Origin: Candidatus Dormiibacterota bacterium
GTDB lineage: Bacteria; Chloroflexota; Dormibacteria; DASZGP01
Direction: 5' to 3'
Length of the DNA stretch: 62,628 nucleotides
Assembly (NCBI GenBank): GCA_036824145.1
Contig: DAITAT010000003.1
Location: 1-62,628 of the forward strand
This document shows positions 27,075-34,577 of the stretch, piece by piece. Made by a program: the position numbers and the translations under genes. The stretch's first letter is position 1. Every line of letters starts with the position of its first letter. The notes under the pieces were generated by a model that was not told the DNA's origin, did no database searches, and was given only the letters and a program-made list of their open reading frames with translations.

Positions 27075-27479
27075 ATGCTTGAGCGGTTGGCGCTGCTGGC
27101 GCTCCTTCTTTTGGGTCTTGGGTTGCTCTGGGCGGCGGTCGCCTTCGGCGCCCGATACCGACGCTGGCGTCGCGTCGACCGCATGTGCACGCCGGAGCTG
27201 AGCCAGGGCAAGACCACGGTGCTCTTCTTCACCGGCGAGCAATGCAGCGTCTGCCATCACCGCCAGAAGCCCGCCCTCGACGTGGTCCGCAGCAGCCACA
27301 ACGGCGAGCTGCGCGTCGTCGAGCTGGACGCCGCCCGGGAGACGTCGCTGGTGCGTCGCTTCGGCGTCCTCAGCCTGCCATCGACAGTCGTGCTCGCGGC
27401 GGATGGGACTGTCGGCGCTGTCAACTACGGTTTCGCCCCTTCCGACCAGATCAACGCCCAGGTCACCAGCGTCGCCTGA
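27075..27479 (+). CDS. Membrane-anchored thioredoxin-family protein (ThiX-like)
   Basis: N-terminal TM, FTGEQCSVC (CxxC), VLSLPST cis-Pro loop. Confidence 0.85.
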   Translation: MLERLALLALLLLGLGLLWAAVAFGARYRRWRRVDRMCTPELSQGKTTVLFFTGEQCSVCHHRQKPALDVVRSSHNGELRVVELDAARETSLVRRFGVLSLPSTVVLAADGTVGAVNYGFAPSDQINAQVTSVA

Positions 27480-28288
27480 AGGCCTCCTTCAGCGCCCTCA
27501 GTCTCTACGCCGCCTGCCCGCTGAAGTACCGCTACCTGCAGGTCGACGGTCAGGTCGAGCCCCCGGTGCAGCCTGACTGGCGCCGCGCCCCCGCCAGCGC
27601 CGAGCTGGCTCTTTCACCGGCCTTCGATCGCGAGCTCGGGATCGCCGTCCACCGCGCCCTGGCGCGCTGGCAGCGAGCCGTCGACGGCCGCGCCCCGGCA
27701 CGCGCGTCGAGCCTGCTGACCTCGGTGGCCGCCGAGGCCGCCCGGCAGGGGCTGGCGCATGTCGATGTCGAACGTGCGATGGAGCGCCTCGGTCCCCCGC
27801 TTTGCGACTACGCCGAGGGGCCGTGGCCGCGGCGTCACACGCTGTTCTTGGAGCAACCAGTGCGCCACGTTCTTGAGGACGGCGCTTTCAGTCTCGAGCT
27901 TTCGCTCCGGGTCGACCGGGTAGTTCGATACCGTCGCGGCGTTGCCATCCTCGACTTCAAAACCGTGCCGCCACATGCATTCGAGATGCGCGCGGACACC
28001 TGGCAGCTGCGAACGTACGCGTTGGCGGCGCCGGAGCTGGTGGGCGTCGACTCCAACAAGGTCGCGCTCTTCATCCTCGACCTGCGCGACGGTCGTGAGA
28101 TGCCCGTTGAAAGTGGCCCCCAGCAGCTGGCGGCGGCACGCGATGAGCTTCTGCAGTGCGGACGCGGCATCGCCGCCGGCGACTTCGGACTCGGCACCGA
28201 CCACGAGGATCGCCCGTGCTGGGACTGCGGCTTCCGTCTCGAGTGCCCCAGCTCGCTGGCGCCGGACCCGCCGATCGCGCGGCGATAG
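27476..28288 (+). CDS. Stand-alone PD-(D/E)XK nuclease with 4-Cys [4Fe-4S] staple; CTG start inferred
   Basis: SFSALSLYAACP, GIAVH, LEQ, RVDR..LDFKT, QLRTY, CWDCGFRLEC. Confidence 0.85.
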   Translation: MKASFSALSLYAACPLKYRYLQVDGQVEPPVQPDWRRAPASAELALSPAFDRELGIAVHRALARWQRAVDGRAPARASSLLTSVAAEAARQGLAHVDVERAMERLGPPLCDYAEGPWPRRHTLFLEQPVRHVLEDGAFSLELSLRVDRVVRYRRGVAILDFKTVPPHAFEMRADTWQLRTYALAAPELVGVDSNKVALFILDLRDGREMPVESGPQQLAAARDELLQCGRGIAAGDFGLGTDHEDRPCWDCGFRLECPSSLAPDPPIARR

Positions 28289-28301
28289 ACTTCGATCCGC
28301 G

Positions 28302-28574
28302 ATGCCGCAGTTCGAAGTCGTCGAGGACATGCGCCACGTCCCACCAGGGGAGGCGGGAACGCTGATCCCGTCCTGGAACACTGGCTACTCGCTCCGCACG
28401 GCGGCCCGGTCGGCCGAGACCACCGGCGAGGTCGTTCGCCCCGGGCAGCGGCTCCTGGTGCTCGAGGTCGCCGATGGTTTTCTCAAGGTTCGCCACGAGG
28501 CCGACGGCGGCGAGGGCTGGCTGCCGGAGCACATCGTGGCCCCGTGGCCGGATCTACACCGCCGAACTGGCTGA
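28302..28574 (+). CDS. Small SH3-like domain protein
   Basis: GQRLLVLEVADGFLKVR..GEGWLP pattern; no signal peptide. Confidence 0.65.
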   Translation: MPQFEVVEDMRHVPPGEAGTLIPSWNTGYSLRTAARSAETTGEVVRPGQRLLVLEVADGFLKVRHEADGGEGWLPEHIVAPWPDLHRRTG

Positions 28575-29381
28575 GGGTGCGCTGGCTCTGGCGGAGGTGT
28601 CGCCGACTCTCACGAAGAAATCGGTGATCAGCTTGTAGATCTCTTCGTGGTCGACGTCGACCGTCATCGCGTGACCGCTGCGCTCGAAATAACGCAGCGT
28701 CGCGGTGGGGCCGATGGCGTCGGCGATCAGCTTCGCGTTTGCCGGCGGCACAGTCCGGTCGCGATTGCCGTGCAGGATCAGCGCGGGGAGGTGGATGTCG
28801 TGGGCCTCGCGCAGGGCCTCGCGATACAGCAGGATGAGGTCGATGAGAGACTTCATCGCGCGCTTGTTGTAGCTACGCAGCTGTTTGACGGCGTCCTTGT
28901 CCCAGAGGTCGACGCTGTCGCGATCAGGGTAGTGCCATTTGAAGATATGCTGGCCGAGGAACAGCTTAAGCTCGGCCCAGCGGCCGAGATTCACCAGCGC
29001 CGCCATCGTCGCGATGGCGACGATGTCGGGGTTGCGCGCGGCAAGCAGCAGGCCCATGGTCCCGCCCATCGACTGCCCCGCCACGAACACCTGGCGGCAT
29101 TCGCGCTTGAGCTCATCGAGCTGCGCCTGGGCGCTGTCGATCCACTCGGTCCAGCTGGTGGCGAGGAGGTCCTCGGGGGTGGTCCCGCAACCGATCAGCA
29201 GGGCACCGTGCACCCGGAAGCCGTTGGCGGCGAGATGCTCGCCGAGACCGCGCACCTCCGGTGGGGTGCCGCAGAAGCCGTGAATCAGGAGGACGCCACG
29301 GTCGCCGGAGCCGAGCTTGAAAGGCTCTGGGTCGCCGGGTTGCGGCGGGTAGCTGAAGATCCCCTCACCTCGACGCGACAT
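28554..29381 (-). CDS. Carboxylesterase (Est30/YvaK-like alpha/beta hydrolase)
   Basis: LIHGFCGTP, GQSMGG, GNRDRTV, SGHAMTVD; TAAGAT-N6-ATG leaderless. Confidence 0.9.
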   Translation of the reverse strand: MSRRGEGIFSYPPQPGDPEPFKLGSGDRGVLLIHGFCGTPPEVRGLGEHLAANGFRVHGALLIGCGTTPEDLLATSWTEWIDSAQAQLDELKRECRQVFVAGQSMGGTMGLLLAARNPDIVAIATMAALVNLGRWAELKLFLGQHIFKWHYPDRDSVDLWDKDAVKQLRSYNKRAMKSLIDLILLYREALREAHDIHLPALILHGNRDRTVPPANAKLIADAIGPTATLRYFERSGHAMTVDVDHEEIYKLITDFFVRVGDTSARASAPSASSAV

Positions 29382-29408
29382 GCGCGGATCTTAACGTAGA
29401 GTCTGGCC
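29382..29408. promoter_or_regulatory. Back-to-back leaderless promoters in a 27-bp intergenic gap
   Basis: TAAGAT (minus, 29388-29393) and TAGAGT (plus, 29397-29402), each 6 nt from an ATG. Confidence 0.7.
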
Positions 29409-30428
29409 ATGATTCGGGAGGCGATCCAGCAGCTGGTCGAGTCGGTGGACCTCGATCGCAGGCAGGCGGCCGCCGCGATGGACGACATCATGAACGGCGA
29501 GGCTACCGACGCGCAGATTGCGGGTTTCCTGGTGGCGCTGCGGATGAAGGGCGAGACGGTCGAGGAAATGGTGGGCTTGGTGAACTCGATGCGCGACCAC
29601 GCCACCGCGATCGAAGCGCCGGAGGGCACGGTCGACACCTGCGGTACCGGCGGCGACGGCGCAGGCACCTTCAACATCTCGACCGCCGCGGCGCTGGTGG
29701 TGCGCGGCGCCGGGGCGACCGTTGCCAAGCATGGCAACCGAGCCGCCAGCAGCCAGTGCGGCAGCGCCGACGTCTTCGAGGCCCTCGGCGTGCCCGTGAC
29801 CCTGCCGGCGGCGGCGGTGGAGGAGTGCCTCCGCCAGGCGGGGATCGCCTTCCTCTTCGCCCCGACCTTCCATCCCGCCATGCGGCACGCCGCCAACCCC
29901 CGCAAGGAGCTCGGGGCGCGGACCGTCTTCAACTTCCTCGGGCCGCTGGCCAACCCCGCCCGGGTGAAACGCCAGGCGGTCGGCGCCGGCAGCCTGGCGG
30001 CGGCCGACAAGATGGTCCAGGTCCTGGCCGCGCTCGGTCACGAGCGTGCCCTCGTCTTCCACAGCGAGGATGGCTTGGATGAGCTCAGCACTGCGGCTCC
30101 GGCGCACGTCTTCGAGCTCCGCGACGGCCAGGTCCACGAGCACACGGTGGACTCGACGGCCTTGGGACTGCCCCGGTCGGTGGCGGCGGACCTCAGGGGC
30201 GGCGATGCCGCTCGCAACGCCGAGATCGTGACGGCGGTCCTCGCCGGGATTCCCGGGCCGCCGCGAGACATCGTCGTGCTCAACGCCGCCGCCGGGCTGG
30301 TAGCGGCGGGCAGCGCCGAAGACCTGGGCGCCGGGATGACGCTGGCGGCTGCCGCCATCGACGATGGCTCCGCCCGCGAAGCCCTCGAGAGCCTGAGGAC
30401 CGTCGCCTCGTCGCTGGTCGCCGCCTGA
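29409..30428 (+). CDS. trpD: Anthranilate phosphoribosyltransferase
   Basis: DTCGTGGDG, TFNIST, KHGNRAASS, GSADV, RTVFNFLGPLANP, DGLDE. Confidence 0.93.
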   Translation: MIREAIQQLVESVDLDRRQAAAAMDDIMNGEATDAQIAGFLVALRMKGETVEEMVGLVNSMRDHATAIEAPEGTVDTCGTGGDGAGTFNISTAAALVVRGAGATVAKHGNRAASSQCGSADVFEALGVPVTLPAAAVEECLRQAGIAFLFAPTFHPAMRHAANPRKELGARTVFNFLGPLANPARVKRQAVGAGSLAAADKMVQVLAALGHERALVFHSEDGLDELSTAAPAHVFELRDGQVHEHTVDSTALGLPRSVAADLRGGDAARNAEIVTAVLAGIPGPPRDIVVLNAAAGLVAAGSAEDLGAGMTLAAAAIDDGSAREALESLRTVASSLVAA

Positions 30429-30432
30429 CCTG

Positions 30433-31797
30433 GTGTCCGAGGACCTCGCCTACCGGTTTCCCAAGGGCTTCCTCTGGGGCACCGCCACCGCCGCCCACCA
30501 GGTCGAAGGGGGCAATTCCAACAACGACTGGTGGGAGTGGGAGCAGCAGCCCGGCAAGATCAAGAACGGCGCCCGCAGTGGCGCTGCCTGCGAGCATTAC
30601 ACGCGATACCCGCAGGACTTCGAGATGCTCGTCCAGATGGGCCACAACGCCCATCGCCTCTCGATCGAGTGGAGCCGTGTCTTCCCCGAGCGGGGGGTGG
30701 TCGACGCAGTGGCCGTGGCGCACTACCGCGACGTGCTCGAGACCCTCCATCGGCACGGGATGACGCCGCTGGTGACGCTGCACCACTTCACCAATCCGCT
30801 GTGGCTGTCGCGGGGAGGCGGTTGGGAGAACGAGGCGGCGATCGACGATTTCCGGCGGTTCGCCGAGCTCTGCGCCCAGGAGTACGGCGACCTGGTGCAG
30901 ACCTGGACCACTTTCAACGAGCCCAACGTCTACGCCTACCAGTCGTATGTTCTGGGCCTCTGGCCGCCAGGGCGGCGGGACTTCGGCGCGGCCGTGAAGG
31001 TGATGCGCAACATGATTCGCGCCCACGCCCTGGCCTACCGCGAGCTCAAGTCGGGGCCGCATGGCGCGTCGGCGATGGTCGGGATCGCGCAGCACATGCG
31101 GATATTCGAGGCCTGGCGGCACTGGCTGCCGCTTGACCGGGTCGCCGCCGCCCTGCCGGACGCCGGCTTCAACCACTGGATCCTGGGTGCGTGCACCGAC
31201 GGCCGTACCGGGCCTCCATTGGGGTTGCCGCAACGGATCTCCGAGGCCGCCGGCACCCTCGACTGGATCGGCCTCAACTACTACAGCCGCGACCTGGTGG
31301 CTTTCGATCCGAGGGCGGCACGCAACCTGTTTTCGCGTACCTTTGCCCGACCCGGCAGCCCGATCTCGGACTTCGGCATGGAGATCTACCCCCAGGGCAT
31401 CCACGACCTCTTGGTGTCGCTCACCGAGAAATACGGCAAGCCGGTCCACATCACCGAGAACGGGGTCGCCGACGCCACCGACGCGCTCCGGCCGCAGGCG
31501 CTGGTGTCCCACCTCGCCGAGACCGCCCGAGCGATTGGCGATGGCGTCGACCTGCGCGGCTACTTCCACTGGTCATCGATGGACAACTTCGAGTGGTCAG
31601 AGGGCTACGGCTTGCGGTTCGGCCTGGTCGAGGTCGATTTCGAAACGCAACAGAGAACGCCACGTCCCAGCGCCGCGCTCTACAGTCGCTTGATCCGTGA
31701 GAACGGCCTTCCCTGGAGCGATCTCCAAGAGCACTACCCGCCGGCGCTCGACTACTTCGAGGCTTCCAGCGAGGTCAGGCGCAGGAGCCCGGCGTAG
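30433..31797 (+). CDS. Glycoside hydrolase family 1 beta-glucosidase
   Basis: FLWGTATAAHQVEG, TFNEP acid/base, ITENG nucleophile, DNFEW, RFGL. Confidence 0.93.
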   Translation: MSEDLAYRFPKGFLWGTATAAHQVEGGNSNNDWWEWEQQPGKIKNGARSGAACEHYTRYPQDFEMLVQMGHNAHRLSIEWSRVFPERGVVDAVAVAHYRDVLETLHRHGMTPLVTLHHFTNPLWLSRGGGWENEAAIDDFRRFAELCAQEYGDLVQTWTTFNEPNVYAYQSYVLGLWPPGRRDFGAAVKVMRNMIRAHALAYRELKSGPHGASAMVGIAQHMRIFEAWRHWLPLDRVAAALPDAGFNHWILGACTDGRTGPPLGLPQRISEAAGTLDWIGLNYYSRDLVAFDPRAARNLFSRTFARPGSPISDFGMEIYPQGIHDLLVSLTEKYGKPVHITENGVADATDALRPQALVSHLAETARAIGDGVDLRGYFHWSSMDNFEWSEGYGLRFGLVEVDFETQQRTPRPSAALYSRLIRENGLPWSDLQEHYPPALDYFEASSEVRRRSPA

Positions 31798-32405
31798 CCG
31801 ACCAGCACGCCCTTCGCGGTCGCGGTCGCCGTGGCGAGATGACCGGTCTCGATGATCAGACACTCGACTCGTTGCGCCGTCTCCGCGCCGGCCGCAGGCA
31901 CGGCGGCGTCAGGATCGTCGGAGGCCACGGCGCGAAGCAGCTGGGCGACGATGATGGGGACGAGGTCGACGGTGCCGATCTGCACCGCGTCGACGTATCG
32001 CGTCGTTCCCGGCTCGAGCCCCGAGCGCGCCAGCATCACGGTGGGAAATGCTGCGGAAATGTAGTCGAGCTCGGCGTTGGGCCCCCATCCAAGCTCCACC
32101 TGGGTCGGCCCATCCGGCGCCGTGCGGTGCGCCAGCAGACCGTTGCCGGTGACGGTCAGCTCGAGCTCGGATTCGCCGGTGAAGCGCTCCCGGCTGACGA
32201 TGTGCAAGAGCCGCGTGACCAGGTCGCGGTCCAGGTCCCAATCGACGGTGGCGACGATGTCCTCCGGCCAGGCGGTCTGGATCCGGGTCTGGATCCGCCA
32301 GCCGTCGGCGCCTGCGGTCACCTCGACCACCTCGGTGCCGGCCTCGGAGCCATCCGGACGTACGAAGGCGTAGCCGGCGCGATAGGGGAGCAGCGTTGTG
32401 GGCAT
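31752..32405 (-). CDS. Hypothetical beta-rich protein (possibly putative glycolipid-binding-domain-like)
   Basis: Coding-like; CATAAT-N7-ATG leaderless start; family call weak. Confidence 0.65.
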   Translation of the reverse strand: MPTTLLPYRAGYAFVRPDGSEAGTEVVEVTAGADGWRIQTRIQTAWPEDIVATVDWDLDRDLVTRLLHIVSRERFTGESELELTVTGNGLLAHRTAPDGPTQVELGWGPNAELDYISAAFPTVMLARSGLEPGTTRYVDAVQIGTVDLVPIIVAQLLRAVASDDPDAAVPAAGAETAQRVECLIIETGHLATATATAKGVLVGYAGLLRLTSLEASK

Positions 32406-32469
32406 CGCCGGGATTATGGGACCGGCGGGCGGCTACGCTACCTGTCGACACCTAACCAGGAGGACAGAC

Positions 32470-32841
32470 ATGCCCGAGCAAGATTCCGCGCCAACTCCAG
32501 ACCCACCCGCAGCAGGTCAGATCCAGGTCCAGATCCCAGAGCCGCGCTTCGAGGTGATGTACTCCGACCAGGCCTTCGTCTCTCACACCTCGGTCGGGTT
32601 CACCCTGGACTTTGCCCAGGTGACTGCTCAGCTCGGCATCAGCCGGGTGGTGGCCCGGGTAGGGATGAGCGCCACCCACCTCAAGCTGCTGGTCGGGGTG
32701 CTCAGCGAGAACCTCAAGCACTTCGAGGAGCAATACGGCGCCGTCAACGTCACCGCAGCGATGGTCCAGCAGCACGAGCAGGCCACCCACCACATCGGCT
32801 TCCAGCCCGAGGTCGACAGGGAGGCCAAGCCGCCAAAGTGA
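32470..32841 (+). CDS. DUF3467 family protein
   Basis: YSDQAFVSH..FTLDFAQ..VVARVGMS..HLK..L.ENLKHFEEQYG; AGGAGG RBS. Confidence 0.8.
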   Translation: MPEQDSAPTPDPPAAGQIQVQIPEPRFEVMYSDQAFVSHTSVGFTLDFAQVTAQLGISRVVARVGMSATHLKLLVGVLSENLKHFEEQYGAVNVTAAMVQQHEQATHHIGFQPEVDREAKPPK

Positions 32842-33311
32842 GGCTTTCGCCGCGACTATGTCGCGTTTTCGAGATGGTCCCTGCCGGCGGCGCCGTCGCC
32901 GATATCGGCAGTGGCCACGGGGCGCTGGCCGCCTCCCTGGCCGCTCGCGGCCAGCGGGTGCTGGCCACCGAGCGCACACCCCAGCGCCTCGAGTCGTTGA
33001 AGCACGACCTGGCGCGGCGCGGCGTCCCGGTGGCAACCAGGCGGGGCGAAGGCCTGGCGGCGCTGCGCCACGGCGAAGTCGAGACCGCGGTGATCGCCGG
33101 GCTTGGGGGGCGCAACCTGGTGGCGATGCTGGAAACCAGCTCATGGTTGCCGCGCTGGTTGGTGCTGCAGCCGATGCAGGACGCCGACATGGTCGAGGGC
33201 TGGATCCAGGCCCGGGGGTGGCCCTCGGTCGCCTGCGAGGCAACCGAGCGCGGCCGCCGGTACCGGGCATGGCGGGTCGAGGTGCAGTCGCGGCCGGTCG
33301 ACGGCGGGTGA
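32838..33311 (+). CDS. trmK: tRNA (adenine-22-N1)-methyltransferase, short form
   Basis: RLSPRL, VADIGSGHG, GEGLAAL, IAGLGG, LVLQPM; GTGA overlaps at both ends. Confidence 0.75.
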   Translation: MRLSPRLCRVFEMVPAGGAVADIGSGHGALAASLAARGQRVLATERTPQRLESLKHDLARRGVPVATRRGEGLAALRHGEVETAVIAGLGGRNLVAMLETSSWLPRWLVLQPMQDADMVEGWIQARGWPSVACEATERGRRYRAWRVEVQSRPVDGG

Positions 33312-33751
33312 GCCACCTCGTCCTCCACACCGACGGTGGTTCACGCGGCAACCCCGGACCAGCCGCCATCGGGGTCGTGATCGAAGCCGAGAAGGATGGT
33401 CAGACGGAACTGGTAGGCGAGATCGGCGAGACCATTGGGGTGGCCAGCAACAACGTGGCCGAGTACCGGGCCATCATCCGCGGGCTCGATGAGGCGGAGC
33501 GACTGGGCGCGTCCAGCGTCACCTGCCTGCTCGATAGCCTCCTCGTGGTCGAGCAGCTCAACGGCAGCTACCGCGTCAGGTCGGCGGACATGAAGCCGCT
33601 GCACGCACGAGTCAATGAGTGCCGTCAGCACTTCGCCCTGGTCACCTTCCAGCATGTCCGACGAGAGCGGAACCAGGAAGCCGACCGCCTCGTCAATGAG
33701 GCTCTCGACGGCAAGCGGCGGCCTGGCTTCACTCTTGTCGCCGCCGAATAG
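33308..33751 (+). CDS. rnhA: Ribonuclease HI (Gram-positive/archaeal-like)
   Basis: HTDGGSRGNPGPA, NNVAEY, DSLLVVEQLNG, HVRRERNQEADRLVN. Confidence 0.9.
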   Translation: MSHLVLHTDGGSRGNPGPAAIGVVIEAEKDGQTELVGEIGETIGVASNNVAEYRAIIRGLDEAERLGASSVTCLLDSLLVVEQLNGSYRVRSADMKPLHARVNECRQHFALVTFQHVRRERNQEADRLVNEALDGKRRPGFTLVAAE

Positions 33752-33791
33752 AGGGCGTTTTCGAGAACTCGGCAGCGGTAGAATGCCGTCT

Positions 33792-34166
33792 GCGTGGCGA
33801 GTCGGCGAGGTGACCGCGGCGGGAGCAATCCCGTCGAGGAAAGTCCGAGCTCCTCAGAGCAGAGTGCCGGGTAATCCCCGGCGGGCGCGAGCCCAGGGAA
33901 AGTGCCACAGAAAATACACAGCCGCAGATCCAACTGCGGTAAAGGTGAAATGGTGGAGGTAAGAGCCCACCGGCGGCCGGGAGACCGGTCGGCCAGGTAA
34001 ACCCCACTTGGAGCAAGACCTGAAAGAGGGCGTTGAGGCTGCTCGTTCAGTCCTCGGGTAGGTCGCTGGAGGTGCCGGGTAACCGGCGCCGTAGATAGAT
34101 GGTCACCGCCTCGACGGCCGCAAGGCTCCGGGGCACAGAACTCGGCTTATTGCCGGGTCGCCACGC
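33792..34166 (+). ncRNA. rnpB: RNase P RNA (type A)
   Basis: GAGGAAAGTCC, AGTGCCACAGAAAA, GGTAAACCCC, GAGCAAG, AGATAGATGGTC, ACAGAACTCGGCTTA; P1 GCGTGGCGA/TCGCCACGC; TAGAAT -10 at 33779. Confidence 0.97.
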
Positions 34167-34329
34167 TAAATACAGTGCCGTTGGGGAGCGAGACCTGGGT
34201 CAGTCCAGGGAGAGAAGACGCCAGGAAGCGCCTGACTTCGATGTGCGCGGAGAAGCGGTTGGCCGGTCGATGCGGCCCAGACATGCCTCGCGTCCGGCAT
34301 CTCGGCCAAATAATCCCCACTCTGTTCCA

Positions 34330-34419
34330 CCCCAAGATATGGTCCTTGTGAGCACACTAACCACCAGATCTGGGGTTTTGGGTCCTGGAGCCCCGCGCCG
34401 CTGTCCCTAGATGTTGCGG
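34330..34419. promoter_or_regulatory. Three NrdR-box-like sites upstream of dcw promoter
   Basis: CCCCAAGATATGGTCC (34330), CCACCAGATCTGGGGT (34361), TCCCTAGATGTTGCGG (34404); spacing 31 and 43 bp. Confidence 0.6.
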
Positions 34420-34426
34420 ATTTGTA

Positions 34427-34455
34427 TTGACACCTGCATCCGCCGGTGCTACGGT
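34427..34455 (+). promoter_or_regulatory. dcw (mraZ) promoter
   Basis: TTGACA-17 bp-TACGGT with extended TG. Confidence 0.85.
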
Positions 34456-34465
34456 TTCCGGCGAA

Positions 34466-34547
34466 GTGGTAGCAGGTGGTGAAAAGTGGGGATTCTCCAA
34501 TCCCCCCAACGTCCCTCTCCGGATGAGTCCCCACTTTTCGCCCCTGC
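34466..34547 (+). promoter_or_regulatory. MraZ-binding repeats and their inverted copy (long leader hairpin)
   Basis: GTGG at 34466, 34476, 34486 (10-bp period); 34472-34495 pairs with 34525-34547. Confidence 0.8.
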
Positions 34548-34577
34548 GACTTACTCCACAAGAAGCGCAATGATCGA

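Noticed and set aside
27476-28288. Cas4 / CRISPR adaptation module
   Set aside because: No repeat-spacer array, cas1, cas2 or other cas gene anywhere in the window
34099-34410. Small ORFs between rnpB and mraZ (34099-34410 plus, 34147-34335 minus, 34166-34675 minus)
   Set aside because: They overlap rnpB or regulatory motifs, have no RBS and have non-coding-like composition
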